NCBI GenBank assembly: GCA_043811535.1
Contig: JBDRNC010000034.1
Location: forward strand, 1 to 36,889
Direction: 5' to 3'
Source: Elusimicrobiota bacterium
GTDB taxonomy: Bacteria > Elusimicrobiota > Endomicrobiia > Endomicrobiales > JBDRNC01
DNA: 36,889 bases
Shown here in pieces: positions 1-8,777 of this stretch. A program made the position numbers and the translations under genes. Position 1 is the first letter of the stretch. Each line of letters opens with the position of its first letter. A model generated the notes under the pieces. It saw only the letters and a program-made list of their open reading frames with translations, did no database searches and was not told the origin of the DNA.

Positions 1-52
1 CCTCCAGCGCTACCTTTGCTTTGAACCCTGCCTCGAACCTCTTCCGCATCAT
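1..52 (-). CDS. IS3-family transposase OrfA, N-terminal fragment
   Basis: Translates MMRKRFEAGFKAKVALE, the typical HTH_Tnp_1 start (RxxxxxEFKAKVALE), with SD AGGAGG upstream. Too short for the ORF track. Confidence 0.85.
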   Translation of the reverse strand, partial: MMRKRFEAGFKAKVALE

Positions 53-139
53 TTCAGGCCTCCTTTTAGGCTTCCATTATACTGCTTTTTACACCTTAAA
101 TCAGCCTAAATAGTGGCCCAGTTTTTCCCGAGTATTATA
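1..139 (-). mobile_element. Left end of an IS3-family insertion sequence, truncated by the window edge
   Basis: The minus strand reads TATAATACTCGGGAAAAACTGGGCCACTATTTAGGCTGATTTAAGGTGT, resembling an IS3-type terminal IR. It is followed by SD AAAGGAGG and an OrfA start. The exact end is approximate. Confidence 0.75.
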
Positions 140-212
140 AATGGCTAACCGGATAAATGGTTAAATTGCTAAAGTCTTACAAGCCATTTAGCCATAAGAC
201 CATTTAACCATT
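140..212. repeat. AAATGGCT/AGCCATTT octamer palindromic element, short copy
   Basis: ATGGCTAA-like units, then AAAGTCTT, then inverted AGCCATTT-like units. Confidence 0.8.
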
Positions 213-224
213 ATTCCATGTTGA

Positions 225-878
225 CTATTTCTTCTTAAGTTCCCTAAGGGCGTCCCTGGCGATCCATTTAGAGGAGGGGAAATCCATCTTTGCGATGCTT
301 TCGGCAAGTTTTACGGCTTCTTTGCGGAGTTTCTCGTTGCGTTTTCCTATCTGCCTCAATGCCCAGTTGACGGCTTTCTTGACAAAATTCCTGTCATCAA
401 TGGTTCCTCTTTTAATAGAGGGGAAAAAATCAATAAAATCCCTGTCATTGAATTCTTTTCCGTGCACCGCCATTACCGCCATCAGCGCGAAGCCCGCGCG
501 TTTTACGTACTCTTCCCTTCTTTTGGACCAATCGTGGCATTTCTTATACGCGTATTCCGTTTCGTGAAAAAGGTTCAGGCAGGTCTGGTCGCACACGTCC
601 CACGAGTCAAAACCCCTTACCCATTTTTCCATCTGCCTTTCGTTGACCTTCTTCGGCTCATCCACCAGCCCCGCGAGTATCTTCGCTTCATGGATACCGG
701 TTTTCCACAGTTGCTGGGCAAGCGCATGGTTCTTTCCTAACTTTTTAGCGAAGGACCTTAGCTTGGGCATTGAAATTCCAAGCGCGCCTTTCACATTTAT
801 TCCGAACCTGGCCATGCCTTTTACATTTTTAACATTTGATTGACTTTTCAAGTATTTTACTGCTTCCGCGCAATCCAT
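225..878 (-). CDS. DNA alkylation repair protein, AlkD/HEAT-repeat family
   Basis: 217 aa with FDSWDVCDQ, RRxEYVKRAGF and DDRNFVKKAVNWALRQIGKRN motifs; SD GAGGAG. Confidence 0.9.
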   Translation of the reverse strand: MDCAEAVKYLKSQSNVKNVKGMARFGINVKGALGISMPKLRSFAKKLGKNHALAQQLWKTGIHEAKILAGLVDEPKKVNERQMEKWVRGFDSWDVCDQTCLNLFHETEYAYKKCHDWSKRREEYVKRAGFALMAVMAVHGKEFNDRDFIDFFPSIKRGTIDDRNFVKKAVNWALRQIGKRNEKLRKEAVKLAESIAKMDFPSSKWIARDALRELKKK

Positions 879-890
879 ATTGAGCTCCTC

Positions 891-967
891 AAGCGTTGTT
901 CTAAATTGCCTTATGCGAAATCCCCGATAGGGGATTGACTCCTGTATTAAGCGTTGTTCTAAATTGC
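891..967. repeat. AAGCGTTGTTCTAAATTGC leader-repeat family, two copies plus a GAAATCCCC-GGGGATT hairpin
   Basis: 19-bp direct repeat at 891-909 and 949-967; related copies at 4205-4265 and 5395-5501. Confidence 0.75.
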
Positions 968-1341
968 TTTATCCCGCCATATCCCTAAAATGTTGTTTTA
1001 TTTCCGAATCGCAGGATGCCGCTAATTCGAGTATTCCCCTCGCCAAAGAATAATCTCAAGCGAGGGGAATATTTCGCCTTGGCATCTGATCGTTAGTATT
1101 TCAGCTTTTTGAAAGATCGATTGTAAGTATAAAAACAAAAAGCCACATTTTTAGATGTGGGTTCCATGTCCTTGCGCGTTGCATACCGCGATAATAAGAT
1201 TTATCTTTCCCGCCATGTTGTCAAAATTCTACATATTTTGAATAAGATTTGCAATATCTAAATAATATTTTTATAAATTTCAAACATATCCGTTAATCTT
1301 ATTTCATCCATCTACCTTTTTTCGTCTACCTTCTACCAGCT

Positions 1342-1713
1342 TTATATTCCCTGGCTTACCATTATGCACGCGTGATGCGTGACCGACATGCCGTATTCTT
1401 TCGCTTTCTTTATTGCGTCTTCGGATTCCGAACCTGGCTGCATCCAGATCTCTTTTATCCCAAGCTCCATGCATTGTTCGATTATTTTTTCCGTTATTTG
1501 CGGCGGAACTACCGTTATAACCAATTCAGGCTTATGGCTGACCTCCTCAAGTTTCCTGAAAATCTTTTTTCCGAGAACTTCGCCGCCGGCAGGATTTATC
1601 CCGGAAACATCATAGTCGGCGTCCAGCAGCGATTTGAATATCTTATATCCGAATTTTTTCGGATTGCCTGATACCCCGACAACGGCGATGATTTTTTCTT
1701 TAATGTCTTTCAA
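1342..1713 (-). CDS. CoA-binding protein, YccU-like
   Basis: IAVVGVS.NPKKFG, INP and IWMQPG..S motifs; TTG start. Confidence 0.9.
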   Translation of the reverse strand: MKDIKEKIIAVVGVSGNPKKFGYKIFKSLLDADYDVSGINPAGGEVLGKKIFRKLEEVSHKPELVITVVPPQITEKIIEQCMELGIKEIWMQPGSESEDAIKKAKEYGMSVTHHACIMVSQGI

Positions 1714-1850
1714 ATGGAGCCCCTTCGGACACTCTGCGCAGGTATAACACGGATTTAAATAAAGGATATACGATTATTGCTATTTGTAGTTAGTAGTTAT
1801 AGGTCACGCAATTGTGCGCGGTTGAAAGATGTGTGAGGTTTATTTTTCAG

Positions 1851-3578
1851 TTATTTGACTAGCTTGATCCAGCCCCACATCGATGGGTCCGTATAAAACC
1901 TGCTGTTACCGGCCCAAACCATCTGGACCTGCCTGTTGCCGCCCTTCTTGTCCGCGTCGTTCAGAGCCATGTTGAACGGCAGCAGCATATTCTCAGACGG
2001 GCTAAATTCCTTGAAAGCACGCCAAGGCACGGATGCCTCCAATATGTATCCGTCTCCCTTTTTGTTCTCGTTAACGACATACGTCACATCTGCCGCAGAG
2101 CTTTTCAACTGCCATGACCATGTCTGCAGATTTTTTGGAAAAAAACTGTTTATTAAGAAAGCGAGTTGGAAATCTGAAGAAGAAAATACTTTCCGCGCCG
2201 GGTCCGCGGCCGGGTCAAGACCGAAAGCTATTTCTAAAGAGTCGCCGTTCCAAATTGAATCCCCGGAATAACTGTTAATGCACGTTTTGTCGTCGAGGAT
2301 TTCAGCAAGAAGGTAAAGGTTTTTCTCGTCCCACGCTAAAACCGCATTCCCGTTGAGATCTTTTTCACCGGACCATGAAATATTTTCACTGTTCAGTGTT
2401 ACCTGTTTTTTGTCGTTCATAACGACCGCCAGAAATGCGCCGTCCGCCCCCGAAGGCGCCGTCCACTCGCCGTTGTCAATCTTGCCGTCAATGACAGGCG
2501 GGACGGAGGCATACTTGGATAATACAACCGGCTTTTCCCATTTAATTATTATAGGTTTTAATTCTTTTTCCGCGCCCGTCGGGAGCTTAAAATCCTTGAT
2601 AATAGCAGATACAGCCTCCGGATCGCTTAAGAAATATCCGTCCTTCATCTCGCCCGCGAAAGCCGCGACGGCCGCCGTGCTGGATTGTATGCGCCAGTCA
2701 CGCTCTTTTTTGATATTGAACCAAACCGCGGCTTTAATGGCCGGGTAATCTTTCTTTATGGCGCCCAGCGCTTCTTGTATCCAGACCGCCTTGTCGCCAC
2801 CTCCTGTCCCCGAGCCGAACTCGCCAAGCATTATCGGTTTGCCGGGGTACGACTGGACGAATTCATTGTACCTTGTGTTCACAAGCCGGCTGAACGGGAT
2901 CCAGACGCCTCCGGCCAGGTCGCGCCCCCAGTTGTAAGCATCCATTCCAATCCAATCCACGTATTCGCCGCCCGGGTAATACTTCGAACATTTATTCCAT
3001 GGAGATGTTGGAAAATCGGCATTCATCGGGCACCATAGCCAGATAACGTTATCGGCGCCCTCTTCTTTGAATATATCGTGAACATGGCGGTACATATCCA
3101 CATAAACCGCCGCCTTGTACTTGTTCTTGGCCGCGCTCCATGGGTACCAGTCGCCGTTCATCTCGTGTCCGAACCTCAGGAAGAACGGATATTTGAACTC
3201 GCGCGCCGCTTTTGCCCATTTTCTGACGTACTTATCATATTTTCCGCGGGAGATTTCTTCCGGGCTCAAAGGTTTCTTGCCCCAATTGATCCAGGGTTCC
3301 CATGTAACGTGAGGTATGGCTCCGTATTTCACTATCTTATCGCAGTCCTCGCTCGGAAAATCATATGTCCAATCCACGAAAAACATTATCATGCCGGCTT
3401 TCTTGCCGGTCATAATCTCCGTCTCGTTTATGGCCTCGAGTTCTATGGGAAGATTGCTCTGGAACAGCCCCCAAAGGCAGCCCTGTGCCTCTTGCGCGAA
3501 AGCGCAGCGGTAGGATAAAGCCGTCAGCAGGTAGAGCACGGACGCTGTTCCGGCGAATAAAGCGCGTTTGGTGTTCAC
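1851..3578 (-). CDS. Secreted GH26 glycoside hydrolase with C-terminal CBM9/DOMON-like sugar-binding domain
   Basis: Signal peptide; GH26 motifs TWEPW, LRFGHEMNGDWYPW, YYPG.EYVDWIG.D.YNWG and MLGEFG. C-terminal PPVIDGKI..EW, LAWDEKNLY, WNGDSLE and YILEASVPW. Confidence 0.9.
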   Translation of the reverse strand: MNTKRALFAGTASVLYLLTALSYRCAFAQEAQGCLWGLFQSNLPIELEAINETEIMTGKKAGMIMFFVDWTYDFPSEDCDKIVKYGAIPHVTWEPWINWGKKPLSPEEISRGKYDKYVRKWAKAAREFKYPFFLRFGHEMNGDWYPWSAAKNKYKAAVYVDMYRHVHDIFKEEGADNVIWLWCPMNADFPTSPWNKCSKYYPGGEYVDWIGMDAYNWGRDLAGGVWIPFSRLVNTRYNEFVQSYPGKPIMLGEFGSGTGGGDKAVWIQEALGAIKKDYPAIKAAVWFNIKKERDWRIQSSTAAVAAFAGEMKDGYFLSDPEAVSAIIKDFKLPTGAEKELKPIIIKWEKPVVLSKYASVPPVIDGKIDNGEWTAPSGADGAFLAVVMNDKKQVTLNSENISWSGEKDLNGNAVLAWDEKNLYLLAEILDDKTCINSYSGDSIWNGDSLEIAFGLDPAADPARKVFSSSDFQLAFLINSFFPKNLQTWSWQLKSSAADVTYVVNENKKGDGYILEASVPWRAFKEFSPSENMLLPFNMALNDADKKGGNRQVQMVWAGNSRFYTDPSMWGWIKLVK

Positions 3579-4198
3579 TATTTTATTATCACAATCTCGT
3601 CAACATTGAATTTATAGACAACGGGCTCGGATTCCGAAGGGGCCGCCTGAAAGCGGACTTCCGCCACTTGGTCCCACTGGAATAGCTCGTCAAATTTATT
3701 CTCGACCCCGTCATAATAGCTTCCCTTGTCCGGGAAATACGACAGGGGAATCTTCACCTCTTCCCATTTCTTCTTGGACAGCTGCGCGTAGGCTGGAAGA
3801 TCTATGAATATCTCAACCGGCTTGCCGTCCGCGTCGGAATCCACAAGCTGAACTTTTAGGAGCGGCCTTTCCTGGTCGCATTTAATCCAGAACGCTAAAC
3901 AGGCGCCGCCGTCGCGCAGTTCCTTGAGCGCGGAAGGTTTTGGAAGCCGCACCATTGCCGCAGTCCACTGGGCCGTGTTCAATTCTATCCTGAGGGAGGC
4001 TTTCCCTTCCTTCGGATTCTTGAAATCCGCTTCTATCTTGGAACCGTTGCCGTAAACCGATAGTTTGCCCATATCGCGGTAGAAAGTTAATACAGAAACG
4101 TCGTCAGCCTGCTTATCGGCGGAAACAGCGATGCCCGATCCGGCCGCAAAGATCAGTGCGAACAACGTACTGCAAACCATACAACGTTTTAACTTCAT
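3578..4198 (-). CDS. Secreted stand-alone carbohydrate-binding (galactose-binding-like/CBM11-like) protein
   Basis: Start reassigned to ATG 4198 (SD AAGGAGG, signal peptide). LAFWIK, WEEVKIPLSYF and FNVDEI fit a beta-sandwich CBM. TAGTG overlap with the GH26 start. Confidence 0.7.
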   Translation of the reverse strand: MKLKRCMVCSTLFALIFAAGSGIAVSADKQADDVSVLTFYRDMGKLSVYGNGSKIEADFKNPKEGKASLRIELNTAQWTAAMVRLPKPSALKELRDGGACLAFWIKCDQERPLLKVQLVDSDADGKPVEIFIDLPAYAQLSKKKWEEVKIPLSYFPDKGSYYDGVENKFDELFQWDQVAEVRFQAAPSESEPVVYKFNVDEIVIIK

Positions 4199-4204
4199 TC
4201 TGAC

Positions 4205-4265
4205 CTCCTTGAACACCTTAAGCGTTGTTCTAAGGTGTTTCATGTGAAATCCCCTATCGGGGGTT
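4205..4265. repeat. Leader-repeat family copy
   Basis: CTCCTTGAACACCTTAAGCGTT (4205-4226) is identical to 5395-5416; it ends in a GAAATCCCCTATCGGGGGTT hairpin. Confidence 0.75.
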
Positions 4266-4285
4266 AACTTCGTAATAGCTTTTTG

Positions 4286-4327
4286 TGTTACCGATAACAG
4301 TATAGCAGACCATCTCCGTTTTGTCAA
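4286..4327 (-). promoter_or_regulatory. Sigma70 promoter with LacI-family operator
   Basis: TTGACA (4322-4327), 17 bp, TGcTATACT (-10 at 4299-4304), then palindrome TGTTATCGGTAACA (4286-4299). The same block occurs at 33781-33825. Confidence 0.9.
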
Positions 4328-4411
4328 GAAAGAAAGGCGATTGTTTTATTATCGGGCATGGTGCAAAAGACATTAAACTACAGTCGATAGTTATCGGTAT
4401 CCTGTAATAAT

Positions 4412-4951
4412 TTACGGACAATTCTTCCTTAAAAAGGAACATCGCTTAAGTTTTTCCCTGCAGGCAAACAGGAATTTTTTCGCTTCCGGCGACTGGTAAT
4501 CGGGATATGTCCAGGGAAGCGCCGTGAAATCCTTTGCTTTATATAGCAACGTTAATTCCGCGTAGATGCCCTTACCTATATATATCCTGTGGCTGAAATC
4601 CTTGGTTGAGGCCAGCACGACCTTAGACAACTCAACGTATCCGGGGTCAAGATTAACGCGCCTTTGACTGTTTTCCGCGTATTTGCCTTCAATTCCGTTC
4701 GTTTGAAGCTTGATATCCGCCAGTTCGTCCGGATTCACGGGCTTTTCAAAAGATATCCAGCGTCGCAGCAATCCTTTGCCCATCTCTTTCTCGTAATAAT
4801 CCGTGAAACCGAACGGCACGACGGCGCTTTTGACGTCTATCGCGCCCCATTTCTCCTCAATGGCCTTTTCCGCCGAAGAAAGGATTTCCTGCGAAGACGC
4901 TATTATCCCGATGAACAGCTTTGCCGGCTTTACTGCGTTAATACCGCCCAT
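4412..4951 (-). CDS. DUF4416 family protein
   Basis: FTDYYEKEMG, LADIKLQTN, RRVNLDPGY, LASTKDFSHRIY and PWTYPDY motifs. Confidence 0.9.
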   Translation of the reverse strand: MGGINAVKPAKLFIGIIASSQEILSSAEKAIEEKWGAIDVKSAVVPFGFTDYYEKEMGKGLLRRWISFEKPVNPDELADIKLQTNGIEGKYAENSQRRVNLDPGYVELSKVVLASTKDFSHRIYIGKGIYAELTLLYKAKDFTALPWTYPDYQSPEAKKFLFACREKLKRCSFLRKNCP

Positions 4952-5383
4952 TTAATCTATCCCGTCCTTAATATTAAAAACCTTGTCTATCTCAAATCCC
5001 ACGCGTATTCTGTGAAAAAGGAAATACGTCAAACCGTGGACCTTATTGCCCTCGTAATCCATGATAATGTGCAGCGCCCACCCGATAGACATTCCTATTA
5101 TCCAGGGACTCCTTGTCAGATACACAAGCAGGGCTATCGGAAACAGGAACTCTACCGAATGACTTATCAGCAATGCTTTTTTCAGCCTGTATTCATTGCA
5201 AGTGTGAAAGAAATGATCAAGATCCATGCGGAAAGGATGCTCGCGCCAGTAATCTATTATATGGTCAAGGTCTATGAATACCCCCGTGATAAAAACTCCG
5301 GCGGCCATCCCGGGCGACCTCGTTACCGCGTAGACCGCGGCTGCGCCGATGGTCGATGCTAAAGCATGCTGGGGAAGTCTCAT
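4952..5383 (-). CDS. Membrane-bound metal-dependent hydrolase-like protein
   Basis: H near the N-terminus, DLDH, SHS.E and LHIIMD motifs with hydrophobic segments. Confidence 0.65.
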   Translation of the reverse strand: MRLPQHALASTIGAAAVYAVTRSPGMAAGVFITGVFIDLDHIIDYWREHPFRMDLDHFFHTCNEYRLKKALLISHSVEFLFPIALLVYLTRSPWIIGMSIGWALHIIMDYEGNKVHGLTYFLFHRIRVGFEIDKVFNIKDGID

Positions 5384-5394
5384 TTTCTTGTAAA

Positions 5395-5501
5395 CTCCTT
5401 GAACACCTTAAGCGTTTCTACTAAATTGCCTTATGCGACCAACCTTAATTTACCTTAACCGAAGTCCGCCGCGGCGGATGAAATCCCACTGCAGTGGGAT
5501 T
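5395..5501. repeat. Leader-repeat family copy with internal TCCGCCGCGGCGGA palindrome
   Basis: Shares 22 bp with 4205-4226 and CTAAATTGCCTTATGCGA with 901-918; ends in a GAAATCCCACTGCAGTGGGATT hairpin. Confidence 0.75.
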
Positions 5502-5542
5502 AGTAAATACCGGCAGGTTTTCTTAATTATCCCAAATAGCGG

Positions 5543-7528
5543 CTATTTTTTCAACGAATACAGAATAATGCCGTTGGCTTCATAGATCTCCCTGCAGTAG
5601 CGCAAAATCACGCTTTCCATCAGAAAAACCGTGCGGCTGTCGTAATATGTCTCGGAGGGCATATACATATTGTAATTTACGAGCACGTGCGTTACGTCGA
5701 GCTCATCAAGGCGTTTTTTCAGTTCAGCCGGTTTCGCGTATTTTCCGTACACTACTTCCGTCTGGTTTATCGGGTCGCCCCAGAGGTAATTCCTTTCAAG
5801 ATAATACCCGCGCAGTTCCCTGTACAGAAAAACCTTTGAGCCGGGCGGAAGCGTCCTGTTTATATAGGTATAGGTCCTGTAGTTATCCATCTCCTTTTCA
5901 AGGTACCGTTCCGCGGGCGGCGTGCCGGGCGATTCCACGGACGGAAGGGTGAAAACAGCGAAAAGCTCATTGTTTACGCTTGACAAGGCGAGCGGCAAGA
6001 GGTTTATAAGAAAAACCGCGCCCACTCCTATACGCAGCGCCTTCGGCTTTATCCCGGACACCCACTCAAACGTGAGCATGAACATCAAAGGCATTATGCT
6101 GAGCAGGTGCCGCCACAACTGCAAGCCCGCCCAGAACCAGACAACGGCGTAAAACACTATATAGAAGCAAATGAAAGCTTCCTTGAAAGACGGTTTTCTG
6201 AACAATATGATCCTAAGGATAAACACGAGCACCGCGGGTATGATGAAAAATTGAGGCATGTCCTGATACCTAGCGGCGGATTTAACAAGGTGGTACGGAA
6301 GTATAATGAAGTTCAGGAGCGTGGCCTTAACGCCTTCCGTCGCGCGCACCTCCCGGCCGCCCTTCTCAAGCACGCCTATCAGGTCCTTATCCGCGGGATT
6401 TATAAATTTCTGAAAAAAGGGGAACACCGGATTTCCCGTCCAGGCGTATTTCTGGTAATACATTGGCCCGGCGATGACAACAAAAATCAGCGCGGCTGCG
6501 GCGATTTGCGCGGCTTTTATCTTTATCCTGCCGGATAACAGCAGGGCGGCCGCCGACAGCGCCAAAAACGCGCACGTTATCAGTCCGGACATCTTTGCCG
6601 CGGCCGCGAATCCTGCAAACGCCACAGACGCGTATATGCGCCTTATATCGCCCGTAATTATGAAGTTCCAGAAAAACACGAACGCTAGGAATGAAAAAAG
6701 AGCAAGAGACAGGTCGTTATTGACTATTCCGCTGACTTTAAGCACGGCCGGCGTCACGGCGAAAAGCGCCGCAGAGGCCCATGCGATTTTCCCGTTGAAG
6801 TTTTCCCTGCCGAACGCGAGTATAACGCAGGCGAAAAGGGCTTCCACAAGGACTGAGAAGAGCTGGGGTATCCTGTCGTTGGCGGCCAGCAGCGCTGCCG
6901 CGTTGAGCATCTCCCCGCCTATCGAACACTGTTGAAACCTCATGCCCGGGATCTCAAATATCCCGTGCTCCAGGGCGTAAAATTTAGGTATCGGAAGATG
7001 GTATACGAGCGCGTCCCACGACACAGGGGGGGAAAGAGCCGCCGCCGCCCCGTACGTCAAACTCACGGCTATTATCAGCAGAAAACCGCGCTCTGCGGCG
7101 TCGTTCGGCCGTACAAGATTAAACTGTATCTTCCCTTTAAGGAAGTCATACGCCCAAAGAATAGCCCCGGCTGCGAGAAACGCGATAACAGCTTCCTTGT
7201 ACAACAGGTGCAGTTTCCCCAGAAAGAAAAAAAGCAGGTTGGCCGCGCCCATGCCGAGCGCGATCGCCGCCGGGCCGGAATATCCCGACTCGCGTTTTTC
7301 CGGAAGAATCAGGTCCAGTATCCTTTTTCCGAAAGAATAGAAACAAAAAGTAAAAAGCAGGAATACCGACGGGGTAATTATCAGGTTATCGGCAAGCGCG
7401 CGCGGAGAGATGTTTTTTATCACCTGCCAGTTAAGGACGTAGCCCAGGAAACTGCGGTGCTGGAGAAATACAAAGCATAGAAGCGCGAGTAAAACGGTTT
7501 TATCCAGGTATTTTTCTATTTTTGCCAT
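5543..7528 (-). CDS. Polytopic GT-C-fold membrane glycosyltransferase (ArnT/PMT_2/DUF1420-like)
   Basis: 661 aa, many TM helices, PP.SWDALVYHLPIPK loop, TGNPVFPF, soluble C-terminal domain. Confidence 0.75.
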   Translation of the reverse strand: MAKIEKYLDKTVLLALLCFVFLQHRSFLGYVLNWQVIKNISPRALADNLIITPSVFLLFTFCFYSFGKRILDLILPEKRESGYSGPAAIALGMGAANLLFFFLGKLHLLYKEAVIAFLAAGAILWAYDFLKGKIQFNLVRPNDAAERGFLLIIAVSLTYGAAAALSPPVSWDALVYHLPIPKFYALEHGIFEIPGMRFQQCSIGGEMLNAAALLAANDRIPQLFSVLVEALFACVILAFGRENFNGKIAWASAALFAVTPAVLKVSGIVNNDLSLALFSFLAFVFFWNFIITGDIRRIYASVAFAGFAAAAKMSGLITCAFLALSAAALLLSGRIKIKAAQIAAAALIFVVIAGPMYYQKYAWTGNPVFPFFQKFINPADKDLIGVLEKGGREVRATEGVKATLLNFIILPYHLVKSAARYQDMPQFFIIPAVLVFILRIILFRKPSFKEAFICFYIVFYAVVWFWAGLQLWRHLLSIMPLMFMLTFEWVSGIKPKALRIGVGAVFLINLLPLALSSVNNELFAVFTLPSVESPGTPPAERYLEKEMDNYRTYTYINRTLPPGSKVFLYRELRGYYLERNYLWGDPINQTEVVYGKYAKPAELKKRLDELDVTHVLVNYNMYMPSETYYDSRTVFLMESVILRYCREIYEANGIILYSLKK

Positions 7529-7656
7529 GATACGCGGCCCGCGAAGATAAGCATTACTTTTGGTTTGTTGTTCATTTTAAGACCGTATCTCGTATTTAGT
7601 ATCTGGTATCTGGCAGGCATTTTTAGGAGAGAAAATATTTCTTTTTGTCGTTCGGT

Positions 7657-7764
7657 ACGGAGAGGGAGGGTATCCTACGCTAAAGCTTCGGAATACCTTC
7701 TGTCCCGTATTTGCTCGCTATATAAATGAACTCGTCCTTCCGTAGCTCGAAGAGCGAAGGGGGA
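7657..7764. repeat. Palindromic mini-element between a duplicate of the tRNA 3' end and the tRNA
   Basis: ACGGAGAGGGAGGG at 7657-7670 and 7764-7777 encloses CCTACGCTAAAGCTTCGG and CCGTAGCTCGAAGAGCGAAGG. Confidence 0.8.
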
Positions 7765-7856
7765 CGGAGAGGGAGGGATTCGAACCCTCGGTACAGGTTT
7801 TCACCCGTACACCGGTTTAGCAAACCGGCGCACTAAACCAACTATGCGACCTCTCC
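7765..7856 (-). tRNA. tRNA-Ser(GCT), CCA not encoded
   Basis: GGAGAGG acceptor stem, anticodon arm CCGGT-TTGCTAA-ACCGG, long variable arm, T loop GGTTCGAATCC, discriminator G. Confidence 0.97.
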
Positions 7857-7972
7857 ACCTACGCCAAAGCTTCGGTGGACACGGTCCACGCAGAAACTTT
7901 AGCAATATAATTTAGTTCTTGAGAGAATTGTCCTCCGTAGCTCGCCAGAGCGAAGGATGGGCGACCTCTCCA
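7857..7972. repeat. Palindromic mini-element between the tRNA and a duplicate of its 5' end
   Basis: GCGACCTCTCCA at 7846-7857 and 7961-7972 encloses CCTACGCCAAAGCTTCGG and CCGTAGCTCGCCAGAGCGAAGG. Confidence 0.8.
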
Positions 7973-7992
7973 TGATTATGACTGTGTTTTGG

Positions 7993-8021
7993 ATTATACT
8001 AAATTAAGCTATTCGAGGCAA
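7993..8021 (-). promoter_or_regulatory. Probable tRNA promoter
   Basis: TTGCCT, 17 bp, TATAAT on the minus strand. Confidence 0.65.
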
Positions 8022-8060
8022 GAAAAAAGATATGTTCGCGAACGCGACTATAAAATTGTA

Positions 8061-8089
8061 TTGAAAATCAAATATATATCTGTTATAAT
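8061..8089 (+). promoter_or_regulatory. Sigma70 promoter for the F5/8C gene
   Basis: TTGAAA, 17 bp, TGtTATAAT (extended -10). Confidence 0.7.
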
Positions 8090-8182
8090 AAATAAGGACT
8101 TTAGGTATGGAAGCGACACTTACAGCATCTTTGCCCGTTTCCGCCGAAAATCTATTGTTAAATCTTTCAGGAGGTATTGATA

Positions 8183-8674
8183 ATGAAATCTGTGCGCCTT
8201 GCAGCTGTTTTTGCAGTAATCATGTCTGTAGCGTTTGCATCTCTTTCTTATGCCGCCAAAAAGGAAGCGGCGGCGCTCGCCGTAAAATCCGTCGAAGCGT
8301 CTACCGTTGAGAAAGCGGAGAATCCTGAGGGCGCGCCCGACGTAAGCGCGAAGAATATCTTAGACGGAGACATGAATACCCGCTGGTCGTCCGAGTTTTC
8401 CGACGATAACTGGATTGTGCTCCAGCTTAAGAAGAAAGCGACGATAAAGAAAGTCGTTATCGACTGGGAAACAGCCTGCGCGAAGTCATATAAAATACTT
8501 GTTTCAAATAATAACAAGAAATGGACCGAAGTTTACAGCACTGACAACTGCGCCGGCGGCCACGAAGAGATAGATCTTGAAAAGGCATCCGGAAAATACG
8601 TCAAGATAGAACTTCTTAAAAGAGCCACCGAATGGGGTTTTTCGATATTCGAATTACAAGTTTTAGGATACTAG
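8183..8674 (+). CDS. Secreted discoidin / F5/8 type C (CBM32-like) protein
   Basis: Signal peptide; DGDMNTRWSS, W.TACAKSY and WGFSIFEL motifs; SD AGGAGG before ATG 8183. Confidence 0.9.
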   Translation: MKSVRLAAVFAVIMSVAFASLSYAAKKEAAALAVKSVEASTVEKAENPEGAPDVSAKNILDGDMNTRWSSEFSDDNWIVLQLKKKATIKKVVIDWETACAKSYKILVSNNNKKWTEVYSTDNCAGGHEEIDLEKASGKYVKIELLKRATEWGFSIFELQVLGY

Positions 8675-8714
8675 ATTTTTGCACTGGCTTGACATGGCAT
8701 ATGAATTAGATTTA

Positions 8715-8755
8715 CAATAAGTATCAATCCCTTTATATGGGATTGATACTTATTG
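8715..8755. other. Perfect 17-bp inverted repeat (terminator or operator)
   Basis: CAATAAGTATCAATCCC, 7-nt loop, GGGATTGATACTTATTG. It overlaps a TTGACA-18-TACAAT promoter (8689-8718). Confidence 0.6.
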
Positions 8756-8777
8756 AGGTGTTTTTACGGAAAACATT

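Noticed and set aside
4199..4327. N-terminal extension of the 249-aa ORF
   Set aside because: It runs through the promoter, operator and repeat; the SD and signal peptide point to ATG 4198.
7657..7777. tRNA 3' duplication as a prophage or island att site
   Set aside because: The repeats are only ~107 bp apart, no integrase is present, and the 5' end is duplicated too.
8107..8310. 67-aa Cys-rich ORF as a radical SAM precursor peptide
   Set aside because: It overlaps the F5/8C gene out of frame and lies far from the radical SAM genes.
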